From the sequence record OY101132.1: a stretch of 32,000 nt of DNA; one strand, given 5' to 3'. Under the pieces are notes generated by a model that did no database searches, had not been told where the DNA came from, and saw nothing but the letters and a program-made list of their open reading frames with translations. Below are positions 8,434-17,649 of this stretch, one piece after another. A program made the position numbers and the translations under genes. The first letter of the stretch is position 1. Each line of letters begins with the position of its first letter.

Positions 8434-10005
8434 TTAAAAGAAATTTGTAGTACTTGTTCGAGTGATTTTTGAACAATTTACAAGAACAGACGAATTATAA
8501 CTAAACGAATCTTTTCCATTTCCATTAAAAAAATCATCTAACCAACCTTTTACTTTAGTATTTAATACTTTTACTTTTGACGGTTTAATACTAGCAATAG
8601 GTAACTTAGTTAATGGTGAATTAGTCTTTGTTAAATAAAAACTTAAACTTGTTAAAGTCTGTACTGCATAAAATTGAAAATTAACGTAATTTTTAAAATT
8701 GAACGAATTAACAGAATCAAAATTTATTAAAGTGTTGTCTTTTGTATTATTAAAAAATAGTACTGATTTTGTGTTAGCATAAAACTTTCGGGTAATCTGC
8801 CAATTCGTTTTCGAATTTTTTTTAAAATGTATTAATTTTGTAGTTCTTTTAATTAACCCTTGTGTGTTAATATAGGTTTCATTATCTTCTAAAAATAAAT
8901 TACTTGGCAAATGAAAATAACTGTTAAATAATTTATTTTCAAGTTTATTATAAACTAATTCATTTAAAGGAGTTATATTTTGCTCTACAAAAATTTTGTT
9001 AGCCAGAGTTTTATTTGAATTAAATATATTTAACATATGAAGTTCTACTAATTTTTTCATGTTCGCAGCAGAACTTAATGAAACATTGATATAATATAAA
9101 CCAAAGAAGTTAACAAAATCTTCACTAGAAAGTGGTAAAAATCGATTTAAAGATTGAATTCCTACACTACCAATATTATGATTCAAGACATTAACACCAT
9201 TCCAAGCGGTATCTAAAACGCTTGTGTACTTTAACACTTCTGTAAAAATCTTGGCATCATTTCGTTTAAATAATTCGGTATTTGTAATAACAACAGGGAA
9301 CTCGGCATTTTTAATATCTTGACAAGACATATGAGTACCTTCTGCTAAAGAATTCAAAATACTAAAATTAGAACCTAAGTTATAAGTTGGAAAAGTCAAA
9401 TCTAACATAGAACCAAAATTTAACAATTTAAAATTTCCTTTTAAAAATCTTTGACGAAGGTTAAGATTTAAAACATACCCTTCATATCTAGGATTTGTGT
9501 TTACTAAAATTCCTAAAGTTGACATGTGAAGTTTTGGTTTTTCAGTAGATGATCCTAATTGGTATTGAGTTTCAAAGTCGTTTGAAACTTTATGACTTTC
9601 AACTTTTCGCAATTCAATTAATGAACAATTTTGCTTTAACAAATATAACATATTTACAGTTTCTAAACTTAAGTTTTCAAATGCGAAAATAAACGAAAAT
9701 GCATTTCGCTTGTGTAAATTTAAATGATCAATAAAGTACATTAATTCTGAAACATCATTAAAAAATTTTTCCCAGTTTGTTGGCTTAGTCGATGATTTTT
9801 CAAACATACCGTCAAAAAATAATCTTCCTTTGTCCGTTAACCATGGAGTGCTAGGATCGTTAGGTTCTGCTAAAAAAATTTGGTTTTCTCGAATAGATAA
9901 CCTTAAACCTACTCCAAAGCTATCTGTTGGATCAATAGCTTCTCCTTCAATAAATTCCCATTCTCTTAACTCATCTGAAAATGCTTTAAGTGTAAGTGCT
10001 CCCAT
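8434..10005 (-). CDS. nad11: NADH dehydrogenase 75-kDa subunit (NuoG/NDUFS1 family), C-terminal molybdopterin-like domain only
   Basis: The N-terminus MGALTLKAFSDELREWEFIEGEAIDPTDSFGVGLRLSIRENQIFLAEPNDPSTPWLTDKGRLFFDGMF aligns by eye to the NDUFS1/NuoG segment (C)PVGALTSKPYAFxARPWE...SID..D..G..I......ILP......NEEWISDKTRFAYDGL. The rest is divergent and Asn/Lys-rich. Confidence 0.7.
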   Translation of the reverse strand: MGALTLKAFSDELREWEFIEGEAIDPTDSFGVGLRLSIRENQIFLAEPNDPSTPWLTDKGRLFFDGMFEKSSTKPTNWEKFFNDVSELMYFIDHLNLHKRNAFSFIFAFENLSLETVNMLYLLKQNCSLIELRKVESHKVSNDFETQYQLGSSTEKPKLHMSTLGILVNTNPRYEGYVLNLNLRQRFLKGNFKLLNFGSMLDLTFPTYNLGSNFSILNSLAEGTHMSCQDIKNAEFPVVITNTELFKRNDAKIFTEVLKYTSVLDTAWNGVNVLNHNIGSVGIQSLNRFLPLSSEDFVNFFGLYYINVSLSSAANMKKLVELHMLNIFNSNKTLANKIFVEQNITPLNELVYNKLENKLFNSYFHLPSNLFLEDNETYINTQGLIKRTTKLIHFKKNSKTNWQITRKFYANTKSVLFFNNTKDNTLINFDSVNSFNFKNYVNFQFYAVQTLTSLSFYLTKTNSPLTKLPIASIKPSKVKVLNTKVKGWLDDFFNGNGKDSFSYNSSVLVNCSKITRTSTTNFF

Positions 10006-10019
10006 TTAAAAATGTAATA

Positions 10020-10092
10020 TAAGCGATAGCGGATTCGAACCACTAACTTTCTCGTTGTAAGCGAGACACTCTACCAATTGAGTTAATCACTT
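10020..10092 (-). tRNA. trnV(uac): tRNA-Val (anticodon UAC)
   Basis: Reverse complement: AAGTGAT TA ACTC AATTGGTA GAGT G TCTCG CTTACAA CGAGA AAGTT AGTGG TTCGAAT CCGCT ATCGCTT A. Confidence 0.9.
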
Positions 10093-10093
10093 T

Positions 10094-10167
10094 TGACGGA
10101 AGAGGGACTTGAACCCCCGACAGTTGGATTATGATTCCAACGTTCTAACCAACTGAACTACTCCGCC
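10094..10167 (-). tRNA. trnM(cau): tRNA with CAU anticodon (Met, or Ile if C34 is modified)
   Basis: Reverse complement: GGCGGAG TA GTTC AGTTGGTTA GAAC G TTGGA ATCATAA TCCAA CTGTC GGGGG TTCAAGT CCCTC TTCCGTC A. Confidence 0.85.
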
Positions 10168-10193
10168 TTGTATTTAATATTACTTACGAAGAT

Positions 10194-10781
10194 TTACAAT
10201 ACATTTTTTCGAGACAACTGACGGAAAAGAGATTGTTCTCGTTTTTCACCTTTGGTGAAAGCTGATTTAACTGTCAAGAACGCCACACCAATAACAGCTA
10301 AATAAAGAATTAACCCTGCCATTAAAATTTGTAAGACATAATGAGTGTAAAAAATTTGACCAAAAACATAAACATCTGGAAGAGCATCTAAACTATCGTA
10401 CCAATTTAAATAAGAATTGTGTTCGAAGACACTCATATTTGTGTTTTTAGAGAAAACTTTTAAGAAAGCCCCGTAAACTTCAACTAATAAAGTAATACCT
10501 ATGAACACACCTACTGGTAAGTAGAGTCGACTTGTTTGTAAATCTCTGTATTTTATATTTAACATCATTACTACAAACAAAAATAAAATCGCAATCGCAC
10601 CTAAATAAATAATCAGAAAGAAAAGTGCTAAAAATTCATTTTCAAATAAAAATAAAAGTATAGAAGACGATAAAAAACTTGTTACTAAAAATAACACTGA
10701 ATGAAGAGGATTTTGCGAAATAATAACCATTGAAGCACTTACTAATAGTAGTGCACACATCAAATAAACTAATGCAATCAT
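10194..10781 (-). CDS. nad6: NADH dehydrogenase subunit 6
   Basis: A 195-aa hydrophobic ORF with NPLHSVLFLVTSF and IIYLGAIAILFLFVVMMLN, the ND6 signature. Confidence 0.87.
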   Translation of the reverse strand: MIALVYLMCALLLVSASMVIISQNPLHSVLFLVTSFLSSSILLFLFENEFLALFFLIIYLGAIAILFLFVVMMLNIKYRDLQTSRLYLPVGVFIGITLLVEVYGAFLKVFSKNTNMSVFEHNSYLNWYDSLDALPDVYVFGQIFYTHYVLQILMAGLILYLAVIGVAFLTVKSAFTKGEKREQSLFRQLSRKNVL

Positions 10782-10785
10782 TTTA

Positions 10786-10858
10786 TGTCAGAGGCAGGAT
10801 TCGAACCTACAAACTTTAGGACATGAGCCTAACATGCTAACCAACGCACTTCTCTGAC
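10786..10858 (-). tRNA. trnM(cau): second tRNA with CAU anticodon (initiator or elongator Met, or Ile; not distinguishable by eye)
   Basis: Reverse complement: GTCAGAG AA GTGC GTTGGTTA GCAT G TTAGG CTCATGT CCTAA AGTTT GTAGG TTCGAAT CCTGC CTCTGAC A. Confidence 0.85.
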
Positions 10859-10946
10859 AAGCGGCTAAATAGTATTTAAGTTATTCCCGGTAAACCAGTA
10901 TTTTGAAAAACTTTTAAGCCAAACGCTTGAAAACAATTTTCAGGTT

Positions 10947-11019
10947 AAATGAAAAAAGGATTCGAACCTTTATTTTAGTCACTTTTTAAAAGGACAAAAT
11001 ACCAATTGATATTTTCATT
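10947..11019 (-). ncRNA. tRNA-like element abutting the rns 3' end, with acceptor stem and T arm but no credible anticodon arm
   Basis: Reverse complement: AATGAAA AT ATCAATTGGTATTTTG TCCTTTTAAAAAGTGAC TAAAAT AAAGG TTCGAAT CCTTT TTTCATT T. It has a perfect 7-bp acceptor stem, a canonical T arm and a tRNA-like 73-nt length. I could not fold a 5-bp/7-nt anticodon arm or a D stem. Confidence 0.3.
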
Positions 11020-12500
<1,481 letters not shown>

Positions 12501-12883
12501 ACTAATTCTACGTATTTATATATTATCGTACATACAATTAATTTGAATTAAAATCTAATAAAACTAAAATATTAATTAGTTCAAAAATAGTAAAAAGTCT
12601 TTAAAATTTATTTTTTAGTACTTGTTAGCTAAAAATCTTACAATTCTTACACACCAAGCCTATCTATGTAATAATCTATTACATTTTTAAGAAAACTTGT
12701 ATCGAGGTTAATTTCTCACTTAGATGCTTTCAGTGATTATTTATTATAAATGTAGCTAGTCGACTATGCTATTGGTATAACAATCGATTCACCAGGGATT
12801 TACCTTCACGGGTCCTCTCGTACTACGCTTTACTCCTCTCAGTTTTCTACTCTTGCAGTAGATAGGGACCAAACTGTTTCACA

Positions 12884-13722
12884 CGTGTAATCCCATGTTT
12901 TCACACAGGCACGGACTATATCATCATCCTATAGACAAGAGACATCTATAGGAGCTGGCGTATTATACCCACAATCACATTTTGATAAAACGTTTACGGG
13001 TATCTAAAAACTTTAAAAGCGTTCTAAAAGTTTTTAAGTCTCTACGGGGAATCCAAATTTAAATAGAAAATTCTTTAATTTAAGGTTTTTTTATATTTCC
13101 CTTAACTCTTTCATAACTGACGCTCCAATTCGAGAATTTTTCTGTTTTTCCGAATCATTTTGCGCTTTTATTTTATCTACGAGTTCCAAACAATCACAAA
13201 ACTGATCTAACGTCATATTTTTTTTCTTATAATATTGATCTATTAAAAGAATAGCATTTTTTGCCTGACCTCTTTTAAGCATTAAGTCATTTTGGATAAG
13301 GACCAACACTTCTCGAACTCTATGCATGCTATTTAAAGTTAAAACATCAACAGTTCTGTTGTTTGAATTTTCCGCAGGATTAAAATTACCACCCAATTTT
13401 TTTTGCCATTTTAATAAGAACCAGCGTCTCGTTGATTTTTGAGTTAAACTTAACTCTACACGAATAGTGTATTTAAACCTTCGATCTTTAGCGGGTACAA
13501 TGTTTGCATAAATACTTCCATATCCATCAATAAAGCCGGCGATGTAAGCAATTTCTTTATCTGTTAGTTGTTTAGACATATTTGCTAAAATATTTTAAAA
13601 TGAATGATTCAATCTTTGTATTCTTCCCTCGGTATTGCCATCTTAACCAGTTTAATTAAGGAAGGTTTCACCGATATTAGCCAGTGCTAGTCGCCTGTTA
13701 CCAGACGCAAACGCAGTATTCT
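12884..13722 (-). mobile_element. group I intron in rnl at the position equivalent to E. coli 23S U2593 (the I-CreI-type site)
   Basis: The upstream exon ends ...GAGTTCAGAACGT and the downstream exon starts TGTGAAACAGTTTGGTCCCTATC. Compare E. coli ...UUUAGAACGU|CGUGAGACAGUUCGGUCCCUAUC. The intron ends in G (c12884 on the plus strand). Confidence 0.85.
13091..13579 (-). CDS. I-CreI-like single-motif LAGLIDADG homing endonuclease homologue (162 aa)
   Basis: It is colinear with I-CreI from memory: IAGFIDGYGSI vs LAGFVDGDGSI, LTQKSTRRWFLLKW vs VTQKTQRRWFLDKL, LVDKIKAQNDSEKQK vs WVDQIAALNDSKTRK. It matches I-CreI in length and in host site. Confidence 0.9.
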   Translation of the reverse strand: MSKQLTDKEIAYIAGFIDGYGSIYANIVPAKDRRFKYTIRVELSLTQKSTRRWFLLKWQKKLGGNFNPAENSNNRTVDVLTLNSMHRVREVLVLIQNDLMLKRGQAKNAILLIDQYYKKKNMTLDQFCDCLELVDKIKAQNDSEKQKNSRIGASVMKELREI

Positions 13723-13807
13723 ACGTTCTGAACTCAGATCATGTACCGCCTTCATTGACGAACAGTCAAACCCTTGGAACCACCTACAGTTCCAGGATGC
13801 GATAATA

Positions 13808-15057
13808 GTATAGTCGGGCGAATGTTACCATTCAGTACCCGCTAATCCAAAACCGTACGTGAGCGTCTCCACTCATACGGCTCCTACTGGCAAGAAGTTT
13901 TCCTAACCTTCAAAGTTAATATTTTGTGGAATGAATTTGATCATGACAAAATTCATGTGCAAATTCAATTTTGCCTGTTCTTTTACCATTTTTATCAAGT
14001 ACGTGATGTAACTCGATAATGTCCGTTGGTGTGAAAACAAGATCACATTGAGCACAAGAAAAGTTTTGTTTTTTCAACAAAGATCTTAAACTCTTGGTAC
14101 GAGGATGTTGGTATGATAATCTCTCTGCAAAATATAGAAGATTACCATCATAAAGTGAAGCACCTGGTTTTACTTTCACAAACTTTGAAACTCCATCTAT
14201 ACCAGCCGCTGTTTTTCCTTTATTATCTTGGGTTACCAATCTAACAGCTAAAAGCTTAGCATGTTGAGATTTTATAAGTATTCGCTGATAATATCGGACT
14301 AAATTAATATTACCTTTTTTGGCGCTACAGAATATTTTATACTGAAGGTCGTAAACCTTAATATGGACTGATTTCTAATCTATATTTTTTCATTTATTCG
14401 CAACCATTAAATTCAACAACGTTGAGGGTTAAGGGTCCCCGCAGTTATCTGTAGCCTTGCTCAGCTTTGTACGTCAGCATATGCATAGAATTACCTATGC
14501 CATTCGCTTTTTACAAAATCTTAACACGTGGCAGCTTATAGTGAAATCCCACCGGGTAAAATCCGGAGCATACCACGTGGTTACTTCGTTCCAATCTTTC
14601 ATAAACATAAATGTCTCTCCTACTATGCACCGAGATCTTCAGCCTCCTGACCTTCCCTGTTGTACGTTCTGGCCTGAAATATGATCTATCCCTTTATTTA
14701 GGGCCTTGGGCGCCTTATGGCATCGCACTATTACCCAAAATTCCTCGTGACGGCACTTTACTACATAGGTTCGCTTTCGCTAGACTCATTTATGACGTTC
14801 TAATAAATAACTTCGACAGCGCGTATCTAATTATAACTTTTAGCCCTGCTTCCGCGTTTACATGATTTCAGCATGTAGAACACGTAGGGAAATCCACGTG
14901 ATGATTCGTGGACGACTATGATTAATATCTAATGGAGGCTAGATATATGGGAGTGGTTACCCATCTGAAAGATTAGTTATCAGTATAGCTAACACGGATG
15001 CTAATACTGTAGCTGCACGACGGCATCTATCTCCGTCTTTACGCTAACGAGTCGCAC
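13808..15057 (-). mobile_element. group II intron in rnl (about 1250 nt) at about E. coli 23S position 2509/2510
   Basis: The 5' end is GTGCGACTCG, immediately after exon ...CACCTCGATGTTGG. Domain V is GAGCCGTATGAGTGGAGACGCTCACGTACGGTTT (about 13850-13885). The intron ends ...GACTATAC before exon TATTATCGCATCCTGGAAC. The 3' junction is +/-3 nt. Confidence 0.85.
13916..14239 (-). pseudogene. remnant of a group II intron ORF: RT-0 motif fused to the C-terminal HNH region, RT palm and X domains missing
   Basis: The 107-codon frame opens at a TTG, not an ATG. It reads ...VTQDNKGKTAAGIDGVS, and about 25 residues later ...KKQNFSCAQCDLVF...ELHHVLDKNGKRTGKIEFAHEFCHDQIH (zinc-finger/HNH type). There is no YxDD block and none of RT motifs 1-7. 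Confidence 0.7.
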
Positions 15058-15284
15058 CCAACATCGAGGTGCCAAACCACCCCGTCGATAGGGTCTCTAG
15101 AGGGTGATTAGCCTGTTATCCCCGGCGTACCTTTTATTCGTTGAGCGGTAACCTTTTCCACACAGAATTACCGGATCACTATAACCGACTTTCGTCCTTG
15201 CTCGATTTGTCAATCTTACAATCAGGCAAACATATACTATTATGCTTTAAAGTTGTACTAGTTCAACTTAAGTTTACCTTTGCA

Positions 15285-15330
<46 letters not shown>

Positions 15331-16335
15331 ATTATACAATGTCTTAATCAATAAGTAATGAAAAGTTTTTAGAGTGGTATTTCAACGGTGTTTATTTTAC
15401 TTGCTAGCGCAAGTAATTAAATAACAACTTCCCACTTATTCTACACAAAAAAAAATTCATTACAATGTATAATTATTGTCAAGGTGCACGGGGTCTTTCC
15501 GTCTAGCTGCAAGTAGTTCGCATCTTCACGAACAATTCAATTTCACTGAGCTTATGTTGGAGACAGTGGGACAGTCGTTACGCCATTCATGCAGGACACC
15601 AATCAAATGCCAAGGAATTTCGCTACCTTAGGACCGTCAGAGTTACAGCCGCCGTTTACTGGGGGTTAGGGTCAAAGCCAAAAGACTTTTTCCTTTAATC
15701 TTGCAGCACTGGGCAGGCGTCAGCCTCAATACATCTTCTTACGAATTAGCAGAGACCTGTGTTTTTGTTAAACAGTCGCTGTCCCCGATTTTGTGACAAC
15801 TTTATAAAGTTGCCTTTATAAAGTCACTCCTTATTCCGAAGTTACGGAGTCATTTTGCCGAGTTCCTTCAACATAATTCTCTCAAGCGCCTTAGTTTACT
15901 AAACTTGTTCACCTGTGTCGGTTTAGGGTACGGTTTTTATTTAAAGAAGCTATTTCTAGAAAGCATTATACAACCTTTATTTAAACCATAAAATACAAAT
16001 AATATTCATGCTTTGTCACTTCTAAAAATCAAAAAATTTATTTTTATCTCATTAAAAGAAAACTTTCGTTTTTTTCTTAGAGACCGATTAATTTTAAATA
16101 CCAAAACGGATTAGCCTTGTTTTGGAAACCTTGAACTTAAGGCGACAATGTTTTACACATTGTTTATCGTTACTCATACCAACATTTTCATTTCTGATAT
16201 TTCCATTTTATATTACTATAAAACTTCTTTAACATACAGAACGTTCTGCTACCATTTTTATAAAAAATTTATAATTTCGGCAAATAATTTTAGTTCCAAA
16301 CATTTTCAATGCAAAAAAACTAAACCAATGAGCTG

Positions 16336-16370
<35 letters not shown>

Positions 16371-17429
16371 TACCTTTCGGTTGTCGACATTTTTTCACAA
16401 TTTTTTCACTTAATTATTTTTAAGAGCCTTAATTGATAATCTGGGCTGTTTCCCTTTTGACTATGAATCTTAGCACTCATAGTCTGTCTGTTTAAAGTCA
16501 TTTTAATAACATTCGAAGTTTCAATAAACTCAGTAAAGCTTTACGCCCCCATTGTTTATCGAGAGCTCTACCTTTATAAAAGTCTTTTAAACGCTCTACT
16601 TAAATAGATTTCGCAGAAAACCAGCTATCTCTAAGTTTGATTGGCCTTTCACCCCTAACCACAGATCATCCCAGTATTTTGCCACATACACGGGTTCGGT
16701 CCTCCGATAAGCGTTGCCGCCTATTCATCAACCTGTCCATGGTTAGATCACTTAGTTTCGGGTTTTATTCTAGAGACTAATAAGCAATTTAAAACTTAAT
16801 TTCTTTACGCCTACACATTTTACTATTTAAGCTCGCCACTAAAATAAACTTGTTGGTCCATTATGCAAAAGGTACGTCATCACTTTAAAAAGCTTTGACA
16901 GATTGTTAGCATTAAGTTTCAAAATCTTTTCACTTTCGCGAAGTCTTTTTCACTTTTCCTTTACAGTACTTTTCACTATCAGTCATCAAAATTTTTAGAC
17001 TTTGAGGGTGGGCCCTCAATATTCAAACAAAACATGACTTGTTTCGTTTTACTAAAATAAAAAGCTTAAATTTTACTTTACAGGGCTATCCTTACTTAGG
17101 TTACCTTCTATGGCTATTTAAATATTAAATAAAATTTTTGCTTAAGTCTATCATTGCGTTCACTCGCCACTACTAACAACTTCTCGGTTGATTTTAGATC
17201 TTGGTTACTTAGATGATTCAGTTTACCAAGTTTTTTGTTTAAATATTTTAAACAATTTTCTTATCTATAAGAAATCGGTTTTCCGAATTTATGGAAAATT
17301 GTAAATCTCAGCATAACATATCTACTCCTTACAACATTTCGTTATTAAACGTCCATATGAATTTTGATGCTTAAGTATCCCCTTAATGCCTTATTAACTT
17401 TTTTACTACCTATTATAAAATTTATAAGA

Positions 17430-17504
17430 GGCGAATAACAGGATTTGAACCTGTGACTTTTAGAACCACAACCTAACACTCTAACCAACTGAGTTATATT
17501 CGCC
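17430..17504 (-). tRNA. trnH(gug): tRNA-His (anticodon GUG) with genome-encoded G(-1)
   Basis: Reverse complement: G GCGAATA TAACTC AGTTGGTTA GAGTG T TAGGT TGTGGTT CTAAA AGTC ACAGG TTCAAAT CCTGT TATTCGC C. The 8-bp acceptor, including G-1:C73, is typical of bacterial and organellar tRNA-His. Confidence 0.9.
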
Positions 17505-17536
17505 TTTGAATTGATTTAAAATCAAATTAATGTACT

Positions 17537-17609
17537 TATTCTCAACGGGGTTTGAACCCGTATTACTACTGTGAAAGAGTAGTGTCCTAACCAATTAGAC
17601 GATGAGAAC
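17537..17609 (-). tRNA. trnE(uuc): tRNA-Glu (anticodon UUC)
   Basis: Reverse complement: GTTCTCA TC GTCT AATTGGTTA GGAC A CTACT CTTTCAC AGTAG TAAT ACGGG TTCAAAC CCCGT TGAGAAT A. Confidence 0.9.
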
Positions 17610-17649
17610 AATAAATTATAAGTAATATTAATCATTTTAATTACTTCAT

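Noticed and set aside
10859-10946. An 88-nt unassigned spacer between trnM(cau) and the tRNA-like element next to rns, considered as a possible 5S rRNA (rrn5).
   Set aside because: I could not find a helix I pairing between the ends. The only loop-E/helix IV-like stretch is a weak resemblance (ggtttaccgggaataac). This is insufficient without a covariance-model search, which could be done with Rfam 5S plus the permuted mitochondrial 5S models.
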